DNA of 64,000 nucleotides from positions 55,354,292 to 55,418,291 of the forward strand of contig JASCQW010000098.1 of the NCBI GenBank assembly GCA_030264375.1, read 5' to 3'. The notes beneath the pieces were generated by a model. The model did not search any database. It was not told the DNA's origin and saw only the letters and a program-made list of their open reading frames with translations. This stretch comes from Carcharhinus longimanus. Lineage: Eukaryota. The first letter of the stretch is position 1. The number at the start of each line of letters is the position of its first letter. Position numbers and translations under genes: made by a program. Shown here piece by piece: positions 36,790 through 49,977 of the stretch.

Positions 36790-39700
36790 CCAGCAGATAT
36801 ACAACAGTCTTTTCACAGCCTTCCAAGTGAACTCTGCTGACGGTTTTCGGCCACAACATCTTTTGATGACCAATTTGGATTTCTTCCTCGAGCTCCAAAC
36901 AAGACAATTCTTCCAACATTGTTTCCCTTCACATAAATGCCAAACTGAACTTCAGTCCCCATCTACATTCTCCACTGTAAACCATAAAGTCAGCATTTTA
37001 TCTGCTTAACTGTTTAATATTATTCTATTTTGGCTTACCCAACTCAGTGAGTTGCAGTCTACACCATGGCCATACCTTCCAAGAGGAAAACCAAACTAAA
37101 TTAAAAAAAACCTCTAACCCCCAAAGCCCAACTCCATGACTGTGTGACTGTTTTGGAATATTCAAAGAGAAATGCGAACCAATTATTTTACCTTCATTAG
37201 AATTCTTTGATTCTGTAACCTATATAAATATTTTATATTGCTAAAGAAGTTTACGACTGCTTTTCCAGAATTTTGGTCCTTTTCTAAGAACACCCTCATT
37301 GATCAACTGCACTCGCCTCATTACATCTAGGACCTACATACATCATTTAAATGTTTTATTGAATTAAATGGAAACCCTTTGGCTGGCTCTATCACAAGCT
37401 AAACAGTAAGTTATCCATTTTCAAGTATTCCCACTGTCAACACCAACCTTATTGAATAAACACTTTTAGTCTACCTTTTAAGTGTAAAAAGGTAAAGATG
37501 CATTGTTTGAGATGTGTTTACATTGAAGTTGTGTTTACCAGTTTCTCAAACAGATGCCCTCATTTATCGACAGCTAAAACTTGGATTCCTAAAAAAGCTA
37601 TATTCTAAAATATAAGAATTATGAACTAGATTTGACTATTTAGATCACCCACAATAATGACCTCAAAGAGGCAGGCCAGGTTAATTAAACAGTGTAAGTG
37701 TATTCTAGACCAAAAATTATCCATGAACAATATTGGTGGGAAATGAATTAATAACCACCAAGGCCTGTTTTACAATGTTAGATTCAGAATTCCCATACAA
37801 GTACTCACTTCCTAAAATTGTCTTCAAAATTACGTGACACTAATTTTAAACAAATTAATGTGCCTTCTTTAGTCTCATTTAAATCCCATAAACTGGTGAC
37901 AGCTTTCTTGGAAATCTCCATAGTTTAGCCTTTTAATGTGGCAGTTATTAATCCCATCTATCATGAAATCCTTTGCTTATTAAAAATGCATAGAGCAGAA
38001 TAATTATTATCACCAGAGAAACAATACAATTAGAAGACTGTCAATATTTTTGCAATGGGAATACGTTGAAAAAAATACTTTAAGGAAGTGAGGGCATTGT
38101 ACTTAATGATTGCTAGCAATCCAACTCTTACCAAACTTTTTAACAGGCCCATGACATAAGGATTCAAGTGTACTTTTCTAGGCATTTAACAATAAGGTTT
38201 CATGACAATGCCCTTGGCTAATAATTCAATTAATTACCAATAGAAGCTAGTAATTAACTTAATAACCAACAGATGCTATAATCAGCCCAGTATAATTTAC
38301 AACAGCCAGAACTGCCTTTAAGGTAAAAAGCTTTCCTGTATTCTGAATTACTTTTTGATCCCAGTCCCTACTGTCTACTTTAAATCAAAAGATAGATCTT
38401 TATTCATCATAAAAACCAAGAAGTATGAGCTGTAAGGTGTCTAAAACAATTTTGTAATGCATTTATATAAAGTTTAATACATTTGCTTTCACTTTGTTGT
38501 TGCTGCTAGGCTTTATAAGTGAAGATATGATTGAAGCTGTGGGCAAAGGCTCTCTTTTCCCCTTGTGAACTCTGCAATAGTATATTTTAGTAATATCATT
38601 GTAATGTTATTACTGTTCAGAGAAATGCAAAAAATTGTAAATGTTGCATAAACAACAAACCTAATCCTTTGAAACCCAGACAACTAAAATCTTGTGATCC
38701 AAATGTTGGTCCAGATATCCATGGGCTTCCTGTGTCCTGCCCCTCTAACTTCAGCATATGTCCAACAGAACAGTCATAAATAAGTTATCCAAATGAACTA
38801 TATCCTTCACTTTCCCTGAGTGATGCTGTCTATGCTACATAGATTACATGTGGCTGAAGAGCTGAAAATAGGGGCAGGAACTCCAAGCACATGAATCCAC
38901 GTGACAAGGCTCACTTGGATTGTGCCTTGATCCTTGAAAATGGATCTTGAGTGGATATTTTTGGTCCTCTGATAAGAGAAATAATTGAAATATTTAATAA
39001 TGTCTTTTGGAATTGTGTGGCAGGATAGTGGTGATAATCTGGTGTAGCTTTTGAGTGATGCAAACCCTGAAAATGTATAACTTATTTTTTAAAGTTCAGG
39101 GACTCCCGTCAGATCATACAAACCTTTTGGCTAGAGGTTCTGCTTGTGCATATTGTAACATTTAGTCAAAATATGAGGTGGTGGACCTCTGGTCATTGTG
39201 CTAATTACAATTTTGTGTTCTTCCTGAATATAGTATCTTCTGTTTTATTGACTCATGTCCTCAATCAGTCAATCAAATTATTCAACTAAACTTTGTTTCC
39301 CTTTCCCTAGTTTTCCCCTCAAAACACTTGCCCATGAGAGATGGGTTCCCTCTTTCAATATTCCTTTCCTCTGAGAAGTCCACTTGCTGCAGTCAACACA
39401 TGGCTGAGATTGGGAACTGGCGGAGTGTGGGATTGGTGCAGTCCTTATGTGCCATAATACTGACCCAGCAAAGTTCTTTCTAATGAGACATTATGATGGA
39501 CTTTACAGGAGGGTCATAACATCACAAGAACATTGACTGGCTTTCAGCAGCAAAATGACATTGCTAAAGTGGATAAAATAATTGATAGGTCAATAGGATA
39601 TTTGATTCACTTATTTTCATGTTACTCACTGCTTCAGTTATTGGGCAGCACCATATACATTCTCATTCCTGACAAGTACACATGGTAAATGTTGGAGTTA

Positions 39701-40189
39701 CTTTACTGCTTTTGGTGCCTGAGGCAGATAAAATAACACATTTCATTAAAAGTCAACCTTTTGGAGTTTTGCTGCAGTTAGATTAATTTTGTTTAATTAG
39801 GGCTGAAACGAAGCATTGCACTTCAGCGAGGAAAAAAATGAATGTAAACAATGTTATAGCTCTTTTATGAATAACTTAGCATATTTATTTCATGATTTAA
39901 TGTGCAATAGCTCTGCTATGCATATCTGTGTAAACTAATTAGTGGTTTGGATTTTTCTTTTGCAATTACTGTGCCTAATTTTCCATTAAATATTCATTCA
40001 CAGAATGAGACCTTTCCATTTACATTTCACAATGAGACTCCAAAAACATTTCCAATGCATCTATAACATTAGTTTATCTATGTTCTAACCTGTAAAGTGT
40101 GAAAGTAGTAGGGACTGTTGCAACTTGTCAAAGAATTGACTGCTGGAAAGACAACACTACAACTCTTCTCCACCCCTGATATTGACCAG

Positions 40190-40460
40190 TTCATAGAATG
40201 TTTTTGGGATAGTTTCTTAGAACAGCACACCTGGAGCCAACCAGAGAGCAAGCTATCATAGATCTGATATTGTGCAACAAGGTAGTATTAATTTTCTAAC
40301 CTCACAGTGAAAGCAACTCTAAGTAACAGCAATCATAATATGATTATATTTTACTTTCAATTTGAGGAAGAAATGAGTGGGCCCAAGACTAGTATGTTGA
40401 CAGAGTTGAAGTGAACGGGCAAATGAGATTACTACGTAGTTCAATAGAAATGTAGTTTCA
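40190..40460 (+). mobile_element. CR1-like ORF2 fragment (endonuclease end)
   Basis: FLEQH-LEPTREQAIIDLILCN and a later SNHNMI (SDH motif equivalent). Confidence 0.7.
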
Positions 40461-41023
40461 TTTCTATTGAACTACCCTTACCCCCTTCAGGTCATGCACC
40501 TTGATAGTGCCAATGGTGCACTGTCCCTGGCACCCTGGCACTGACCCCACCCCAAGCATGATGTCTTGGACTGCAGAGGAAGGGTTCCTCAAGAGTCCTG
40601 CAAGTTGGGTGGGCTCAGATTGGAGGCGAGGGGTTGACCTCACCACTCTCCTCCAGAATGTGTGTGTCATGGCTGGCCTGCCCCTTATAGCCCTGGCAGA
40701 CCTGAAGATTGCCCTCTGGCATGGTGATTTCAGGCAGCTCTGTGATCAGTATTTATATTCATGCCTGCCAGCTGTGAACATTTTGAAGCAGCCCTTTGAA
40801 GCAGGACTTTAACCTCCATGACCCCCGGTCACCTGGCAGGATTTTAAATCACTGCAGCACTCCATTCTGTAGCAGAGATTTCTCTTCCTCCATGTCAGAA
40901 GCTGCAGGTGTGAACAGACCCCGTTGAAGTCCTCTGACAGACAGGAGATGTCAATTCCACCTCGTGGTGGGGAGGGGTTCCAGGCTGCAGCTATATATTC
41001 AGCCCCAATGTATGCAGACAGCT

Positions 41024-41545
41024 TTGATTTGATTTATCATTATCACATGTATTGACATGCAGTGAAAAATATGGTTGCTTCCTCACAATGCAGTCAAAGC
41101 TGCATAGTGTTCATTGAATACATGGGGAGAAGGAAAGGAGAGTGTGTAGTACATAATGTTACAGTCAGAGCTGAAGTGTAGAGAAAGATCAGCTTAATAT
41201 AACGAAGGTCCATTCAAAGGTCTGATGGCAGCAGGGAAGAGGCTGTTTTTGAGTTGGTTAGTATGTGATCTCAGACTTTTGTGTCCTTTTCCCAATGGAA
41301 GAAAGCAGAAAGAGAATGTTCGTTGTGGATGGGGCCCATGATTATGCTGGCTGCTTTTCCGAGGCAGTGGGAAGTGTACATGGAGTCAATGGATGGGAGG
41401 TTGGTTTGCGTGATGGACTGGGCTATGTTCACAACCTTTATAGTTTTTTATGTTCTTGGTCAGAGTAGGAATCACATCAAACTGTGAAACATCCAGAAAG
41501 GATGCTTTCTGTGGTGTATCTATAAAAATTGGTGAGAGTCATAGA
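41024..41545 (-). mobile_element. Rex1/Babar-like LINE 3' fragment
   Basis: tttgatttgattt tail and body matching 10045-10468. Confidence 0.85.
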
Positions 41546-42029
41546 TGTTTCTGAGGCTTCCTTGTGAGCTGAAATCTTTGAAAGCCTCATGGAGGGACCC
41601 TAGTGCATTTCTGTATGAGCTGTGTCAAGAGCATGTGTGCTGGGAAGTGAAACTATTACTGAGGAGATCTGGACTGTCTTACAGCATCTCAGACCTCGAG
41701 GGGCAGGGCAGAAGGGTGGGGACTGTGGATTTGGAAATCCTATACACTGCCGTGGAAATGTGGCCAAATTGAGCAGCTGTGGGGCTGAGACAGAAGAGTG
41801 AGATACTTAATGGAGCGTTGAGAGATTAACTCAATAGGCAATTCCTCTGTCACATAAGCTGACTGGCAAAACACTGATTCAGCTGATTCTGGTTGATGTG
41901 GGCGTTCATTTAACTCTTTGTGCCTAACCACCAACACCACCTCCCCCCCCCCCCCCCCTGGTCAAACCGGTCTGTAACTGTGATTGAGAGGGTTTGTACA
42001 TGGGCCACAGTTCATGATCTCTGGTGGCA

Positions 42030-42905
42030 TGCTGGCTGCTTGAGAGATGTATCCAATTAATCTCACTCCTCAATCTTCATAGTCTTAACATTTTTCCCCT
42101 TTCCAAGTACATGCCCTTTTGAAATGACTGTTGAAACTGCTTTCACCAGCTTTGAGGCAGTGAATTCCAAATCATGACAACTAACTGGATAACAAAAATG
42201 CTGATTGGTTGGGTGATCCAGAGGTGGAAACCTGATGGTGCAGCTGTATTAAAGAGCCTCAGCAAAGCCTGCCAAAGAGTTCAAGTCCTATCCAAGCATC
42301 TCATCAGGAACTAAGTGGAGAAACTCCCACGTGTAAGTTATTCATCAATGGACATGAGTCCTGAACAAGTTAAAATTCCATTATGTATAGCACATTTATA
42401 AATGCATTGAATTTTGATGACAAAGTTACAGCATAGGGGAGATTAATAAGGGGATTAGAAGTTATAGGGAAAAAGCAGGAAAATGGGGATGAGAAAATTA
42501 TCCGCCGTGATTGAGTCTGTTCCACCATTCAATGGGCCGAGAGGCCTAATCCTGTTCCTCTGTCTTACAGTCTTATTAATATTTAGTAAGAGAGGATGCT
42601 CCCTACTTAATCAGGAATGAATGCACAACACAGTTTATGGACAATGTCATGAATTGGTGAAATAAGTGCTCACATATCCTATCATCAGTTTAGAGTCAGT
42701 CAGCACTGAAAAAGGCTTTCAGCCACTGCTGCCTGCACTGGCTCTTGAGAGAGCTATCCAATTAATCCCACTCTCTGAGCTACATAGTCTTATTGTTTTT
42801 TTAATTTCCAAGTTACATATCCAATTCTGTTTTGAAATTACTGTTGAGTCTGCATCCAACAACCTTTGAGGCAGTGAATTCCAAATCATCACAACTCAAT
42901 GGATT
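42030..42905 (-). repeat. Two related old CR1-like 3' fragments (about 42030-42197 and 42690-42910)
   Basis: Shared tatccaattaatc...ttttgaaat(g/t)actgttga...tttgaggcagtgaattccaaatcat. Confidence 0.7.
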
Positions 42906-44026
42906 AAAAAATAAACACCTCTGCACTTGCATTCGTATGAGTAAGTAACCCAAATTCTAGCAGAATGATGGTATCAGAGATCTACAAAGATCGTAGACTA
43001 TGAATCTCTATTGACTTGAAATACCCTGTGGTAATAAAGTAAATAACAGAGAAGTGTCTTCTCATGAGCCCAGCAGATCTACAGAAAACTGCACTCTATC
43101 AAATGTAAATATAGCAGAATTGCACTTGAGAAAAGAATAATCAAGTAAAAATATATTAGAAGATAAGTGTTTTTTTCCCTTTGGACTTGATGTGATGGTA
43201 TTTGTTCCATTTTAATACTGGTAGATGAATCAATACAAGTAGGCACGGAGAAAATTCAACATTGCAACTTCTGTTTATTTAGCTTCAGCAATTTAACCTA
43301 CAGAAAACATAGATTCTCCAATCACAATGCATTGGTTTGCAAAGTACACCAGGCTAAACAAGGCATGAAGCACAAAACGGTATTTATTTGCAACTAAAAT
43401 GTATGATTTATTGATTAATCCAATCACTTTTAATAGTTTAGCACCAACTTTTAGAATCTGCCTAGTTCTCTGGAATTTCCATAGGGGTCCCCTTCATTTT
43501 CAACTCAACCATCTCCAGTTCCTCTAATGTTCCTCCACTGAAGTTATGGTAGTAAATGGTAGAAGTCCACACAAATTATTGTGCAATATGACTTACCAGA
43601 AGGTGAGAGGTTTTTTTGCAACCATTGGAAAAGGCCTTCAAGGGGATATTTTGTGTCAGGGTCCCCTGTTCTGTGAATATATCTTGCGTAATTCAAATTA
43701 ACCACATCGATATCACCATTGGACCAACAATGCTACAGACCACAAAGTGCAACTGCACCAACCTTCCCCAGACAGAGTGTAAAATTGTTTTTAAATCATG
43801 CATTTAAATTTGTAATTAGTCTGGTTTGGCACAATATGGTAGTATCCACATCTCAGCACAATATTACAGCATTGGAGACTTGATCATCATTCTAATCTGT
43901 GTGTTAGAAATTTCATTGTGGGATTCGGGCTTCCAGATGACCGAATGCTCAAGCTGATGTCTGTTTTTTTTGAGAGAACATATTGACATATTAGTAACGT
44001 GTAAAACTTTAGCAAGATTTTACAAA

Positions 44027-44222
44027 AGATGTGCAGGTTATATGGATTGGTCATGCTAAATTGCCCCTTCGTGTCCCACGATGTGTAGGTTAGGGTGGTT
44101 AGCGGGGTAAATGCTTGGGGTTATGGGGATAGGGTGGCAGGTATATTTGGGTAAGATGCTCTGTCAGAGAGTCGGTGTAGACTCAATGGCCCAAATGGCC
44201 CCTTCTGCACTGTAGGGAGTTA
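44027..44222 (+). mobile_element. HE1-like SINE 3' half, tail B
   Basis: ggattggtcatgctaaattgcccctt...ccaaatggccccttctgcactgtaggg. Confidence 0.8.
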
Positions 44223-46204
44223 TTACTGCAAAAAAACAGAGCAACAAACATTTATTTTATACCACTTTATCACCTGAGGAAATGGCACAGTGAGAGTCAG
44301 TCTTTGACTAGAGCAAAATCTGGCTCTCTGTAAACTCCATTTTCCTATCACTCCATGTGGGTTTGCTGTGTATTTTCTTCCATTACTTTTTCCCAGCTGG
44401 AACCAATTCTGTCACTAACGGAGGTTCTTGATCTTCAACCTTACAGCACAATTCCTGTCTATCATAATTATTTTCTCCTGGATACCTTGCCACAAAGGAT
44501 AATATTATCCAGATGCTGTGGCTAAGTAATAGCTCAAGTTACTCTAAGCTGTTACCACCATCACATTACCACCTCCCAAAAGAGGACACAGCTCTTTAAA
44601 AATAGATTAAACTTATATGCTTTGCTGTGTTATAGTGAATATTGCAAGGTGGCCAGCTTAGGCTAATTTTCAATTAAGATATTAAATAATTTTAAAGCAA
44701 TTAGCTAACAAGCTTTGAAACCTGGTAGGTTATTCTGCAAGCCAGAAGAGTGAACTTGGTGTATTGGGATGTTTTACTGTTGATATTTTTCTCTGATTCA
44801 TTGTTTTGGAGAATTTCTTCAGGCTCTCAATCTCATTGTGTCCTTTCCCTGTCAATATTGATGGAAGGTGCAGTCTCTCTACTCTGGTCTTTAATCTTCC
44901 TAAAACCAATTGTCAGTTTAAACTCCTCGAGAGGTCTGGGAGAATGGCTCGACAAGTTGTTGCATGTGAAATGCAGTATGGGGAAGTCAGTGTGGTGTTA
45001 TCAACAAAACGGCAACTCATTTACACATTTTGGTCTTGGCGTGCAGTCTTACTAAATTGAACAGTTGGGTTGGGGGAGGGGTGTTTGATCTTTGTGAGTA
45101 GTGTCTCTTACTGCAAAACACACTCTATGCTCACATGTTGCCTCTTGAGGTTTCCCCTGCGAAAATAACTTGTGTTTCTCTTTTAATGGATCCACTTTGA
45201 GCAAGCCTAGTTTCTTGCAGCACAGCGGTGCTTACACGGAAGCTTGTAAGTTATTTTTCTGATGTGGGCAACTGTCTTATGTGCGTCATCAGCCTGCAGA
45301 AGGTTGTTGCTGAGGTCAGGAACCATGGTCCTTACATTTCAGCTTGTAATCAGAAGGACTGGTATCCTTTTTTGTTGAGCTTGTCTCTCTTGGTTTGTAC
45401 ATTTAGCAATCTGCCTGTCAAGAGATGACTCGCAGCTCCAAGCACACAATGAAGCAAACACGCTGTGGGAGGGCAGCTCCTTACTGACTGGGGCTGTCTG
45501 GCGTGAGGTGTGCAGATAGCTATCCAATGAGACACGATAGTCTCTCCNNNNNNNNNNNNNNNNNNNNNNNNNNNNNNNNNNNNNNNNNNNNNNNNNNNNN
45601 NNNNNNNNNNNNNNNNNNNNNNNNNNNNNNNNNNNNNNNNNNNNNNNTCTCCCACTGAGGGAAGTAACCCCTGACACTTGTGCTCTACACCAACAAAATG
45701 GACCAGGAATCCTGCAAGGGTCTGCAATGTGCACTATGGAATGATCTTCCAGGAAGCAGCTTCCTTATTAGCCCCCTCTTCTTCCGCTATCCAATTAAGG
45801 ATATTGGATGGGTTCTTGAGGCAGAAGGCCTGGTCAATGGCTGGCAGCTTTGAAATGCTGACAGATTTACCCAGGCTGGGAAGCCTAACCAAAGGATTTG
45901 TTGGGGTCATGGGTACCCGCATCCCCTGCATTGGAGCTGTCAGGCTTGGCTGGAGGTTATTCCAGTGCTAAAAGATGCTGGTGGAGTCCCTCTGTCCTCC
46001 TTGGGCCCGTAATTTGCTAAATTTTGATTGTTCAAAAATCAATTTTTGAACAATACCACTGTTATTGTTCACCAATCTCCAGCAAGAACACTCAAAGTCA
46101 GGAAAATATCGGCCTGCTGATCCAAAATCCTAATCGCCACATTTTCTACCGATCCCACCTTCAAACCTACCTCCATGGGATTTGGAAGATCCCACCAAAT
46201 TACT

Positions 46205-46300
46205 CTGCCTCTCTCTCCACAGATTCTGCCTGACCTGCTGAGAATTTCCAGCATTTCCTGTTTTTATTTCATGTTTACAGCATTCTCAATATTTTGCTTT
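46205..46300 (+). mobile_element. Penelope-like family 1 end lacking the ribozyme part
   Basis: ctctctccacagattctgcctgacctgctgagaatttccagcatt matches 5530-5610. Confidence 0.65.
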
Positions 46301-46370
46301 GAATGTAAGCAGTATCCTTCGTACCTGTCCCTGACTTTAAAAAGCTAGTTGGTATTGCTGCCAAAGAATG

Positions 46371-46408
46371 CTCTCACTCCTCCTCGTCCCTCTCACTCCT
46401 CCTCGTCC
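46371..46408 (+). repeat. 19-bp tandem duplication
   Basis: ctctcactcctcctcgtcc x2. Confidence 0.9.
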
Positions 46409-48376
46409 CCTTCACATTTCCTGTCTCTTTTGTCCTCCACTTGCCCAATGCTCTGACTTGACATGAATATTTTCCTCAGCCTTGAGTCCCCATGCATGCA
46501 ATTATTGTGTTAAGAAGCTTGGCAAAATATCACAGTGGGTGAAATTCTCTATTCATGATCAATGAAGTTGCATTTTGAGATGCTACAGTTTTGGACTATA
46601 GGTCTGTTCACCGTGGGGCAAAACTGGAATTTTCCTCTTTCCTCATTTTGGATCTTGCACTTTTTTGCCACAAAAGCCTTGTGAGAATCAGCAAAAATGG
46701 GGAAGAACTGCAGAAGCTATTCGGGTTGTTAATAGGAATCAAGACTTCTAATAGGAAAAACATTAACGAAAATGTTTTATTTATGCGTATAAAGGTGCTA
46801 TTTGGAGTTTTGTCATCTCATTACCAAACACATAACCATTAAAATAAAAAGTGCTTATTCAGTCTGATAATGATTCATTGGATTTTACACTTTCTAAATT
46901 GCCATTTGCCTAGTTTGAATGCCTTTTTTTCTAAAAAAAAGACAACTTTTCACCTTAACACGATGGGAGAGGGGATAGAACTGCTATGTTGAGCAATTCA
47001 AGCTCTCTTGCCCAACAACCGTACCGGTATGCAGACTGTGTCATCTAGTAATTGACCACCCTGTAGCAGTATTGTTGTTTCATTCTATGCTTTTGAGTCT
47101 GAAAATGTTTTCAATCCCTGGTATGGAATTTCAGGTTTAATCCACTGAGAGTCTGCTTTCTCCCTCCAGACAAATTGTTGACTGAACAAAATAAGGCAAC
47201 ATCTTTATCATGTTTAAAAATGAACTCTTCTTTGGTGCATCTGTACTGCAGAGACACTGCCCTTGTTGAATACCCTGGATTTTTTTTATTGCAAGCACGT
47301 ATTTCACCCACCATTTCATCAGTGCTCCAGGACCATCAAATGTGTATATTAATTATAACAGACAATAATTAGCTGACAGTGTTTGTGATGTTTCGGAAGG
47401 ATTTATGGTGTAACACTATTGTCATTGTTCAGATCAAAAAAAAAATTAACATTGCTCTTTGCTCACCAGCCCTAAACATTACCCAGGTTCCTTTTAATGG
47501 ATGCGAAACTGCCATGTCAAATTTTGTTTGATCTTCCTGCCTCGTAATGTAAAAGGTGCTATACAAATGCAAGTGGTGAGTGTATTAGTTTTAATTGAAT
47601 ATCAACAGGAGGACTAGTCAAGATGAGCTGCATCCAAGAGCCTCCAGAAAGTGAGCAATGAAATGGATTCAGCTTGCTTTAATGTTAAAACTCTGTAAAT
47701 ATTAGGCTGGGAACAGCAAACGCTTTTTTTTTTGGCTTTGATCATTTCAACGTTACCATAAGTATTTCTGTGTAGGAGAGGTTACATTTGACCACAACAT
47801 ATGTGGTAATAGGACTCTACGGGTGGGATTTTACGGCCTCGCTTGTCCTGAAACTGTAAAATCTTGCCTGAGGTCAACAGACCTTCCCATATGGTGAAAT
47901 GGCAGTGTACATTGCTTGACACCTGCCCTCACCTGCCGGCCTTGATGAATGGTACTGTACAGTCTNNNNNNNNNNNNNNNNNNNNNNNNNNNNNNNNNNN
48001 NNNNNNNNNNNNNNNNNNNNNNNNNNNNNNNNNNNNNNNNNNNNNNNNNNNNNNNNNNNNNNNNNNNNNNNNNNNNNNNNNNNNNNNNNNNNNNNNNNNN
48101 NNNNNNNNNNNNNNNNNNNNNNNNNNNNNNNNNNNAGGGGATGGGTACGTGATCTAAGCTCCAGAGTCCCATGTAGGTCTTTAGTATCTCATTTGAGGCC
48201 TCTGACCTATGCAAGTTGAATCACATTAACATCAAAAAAGCCTAAAAATAAAGTCAAGAAAGGTAAAAGCCATGTTTTTATTGGAGTGCTAAAAGGCAAA
48301 TCATTGAAACACATATAAACAGTGAAGTTATAATCTAGATATTTATGGCTAAATTAGATATTTATTAAGTTGATGA

Positions 48377-48706
48377 GGGGCAGCAAGGTGGTGAATACTG
48401 CTGCTGCCTCATAGCACCAGGGACCCAGATTTGATTCCGGCCTTGGATCATTGTCTGTATGGAGTTTGCACATTCTCACGTGCAATGGTTTCCTCCGGGT
48501 GCTCCGGTTTCCTCCCAAAGTCCAAAAATTTGTAGATTAGATGGATTGGCCATGCTAAATTGCCCCTCGTGTGTACGTTGGGTGGATTAGCTGTGGTGGA
48601 TGCACTAAGCGACGTGGATGGACCTGTGTGAGATGCTCCTTGGAGGGTCGGTGCAGCCACAATGCGCTTAATGGTTTCCTTCCGCACTTGTGGGGGTCCT
48701 ATGGTT
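48377..48706 (+). mobile_element. HE1-like SINE, tail B, diverged
   Basis: Head ctgctgcctcatagcaccagggaccc, body, and tail tggtttccttccgcacttgtgggg. Confidence 0.8.
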
Positions 48707-49024
48707 ATGTTGCATTTTGCAGATTATCTTAATTTCTAAAAATCATTGAGTTCCAAATAAAGCTGTTAGAGTGATATAGGAACAGGTTCTTTCACCCTGG
48801 TTATGGATTACACCTCTGGTTTGAAGCATAGGTTTTATGGTTATGACCATTATTTTTTCTAATTAAGGTGAGGTGATAAATTATTGAGTATGCTATGAGA
48901 ATTTTTTTATTACCATGATCAATTGCTGAAAAAAATTGCCTTAATTCCACACGCCTCAAGTTAAAATTTGTTTTATAGGTGACTTTGCTGGCAAAATCAT
49001 GGTATAAGGAAACATCAAAACAAA

Positions 49025-49162
49025 TCATAGAATCCTTACAGTGCAGAAGGAGGCCATTTGGCCTATCGAGTCTGCACTGACTCTCCGACAGATCATCACA
49101 TCAAGGCCCTCAGCCTGCCTTTTTTTGGACACTAAAGAGCAATTTAGCATGGCCAATCCATC
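49025..49162 (-). mobile_element. HE1-like SINE 3' part, tail B
   Basis: tacagtgcagaaggaggccatttggcc...gcaatttagcatggccaatcc. Confidence 0.8.
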
Positions 49163-49399
49163 TATTTCAGGGGTAGAACTATTTTGATTTTATTTGTATT
49201 GAAACAATACATGTATTTTATTTATCGTAAATGCACCAGAGACACTTGGCCATTTTTGGTTTAAAAATGCCAAATTCTCATTTTGTGGCTCACTATAGTT
49301 TTTAGTGTTTGCCAATATCTTTACAAAGCTCTTCAGGTAAATGTTTGGCCCCAAACAAACTTTTCTGAGTCACTTCATTAAGTGCCTGGACCATGACTA

Positions 49400-49626
49400 T
49401 TTCCTCTATCCGTGTTCCCCTCTGTCTTCACCTCTTCTCCACCCTCGCCATTCTGCTTCCTCTTGCCCACATTGCTCTCCTCTCCTTGCTCTGCTCTGCT
49501 CCCTCCTCCTCCATTCTGTCTCCTTGCCTCCCCTCCATCCTCTCATCAGTCTTCCCCTCTGCCCACTCTCTTCTCCACCAGATCACCCTCTTTCACACTC
49601 TCTCTCTCCACTCGCCCCGCTTCCTT
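49400..49626. repeat. Pyrimidine-rich (CT) low-complexity tract
   Basis: Strong C/T strand bias; explains three spurious P/S/L-rich ORFs. Confidence 0.8.
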
Positions 49627-49977
49627 AGTTCAGTTACCTGATAACCGTCTAATCTTGCTTTGACCTGGATGATCTTTAGCAGCGATATGCAACATCATGG
49701 GATGCCAACCAGTAGATAGAAGATTTCAAGTTTGTGTGATTCAATGCAAATTCTTTCTTTGATGGTTTCAGAAAGGATACAATTCAATGTACTTTTCTCT
49801 GCAAGGAGATTACTCCTTTTTAAATTAAGAAGTCATTATTTGAACTGTGATATATAATTTTGGCTGCTCTTTGTACCATGATTGTTCAGTCACACAAGGT
49901 TGGAGATTGCTAAACTACATCTGTTTCATGCTGATTTTATGCATGGATGCACAAACTTGAAATGGATTATTCATGCA

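Noticed and set aside
44750-45060. ORF resembling a signal peptide (MEGAVSLLWSLIFL)
   Set aside because: GEWLDKLLHVKCSMGK looks like a decayed CR1 EWxxxWQMxFNxxKC motif; no splice support.
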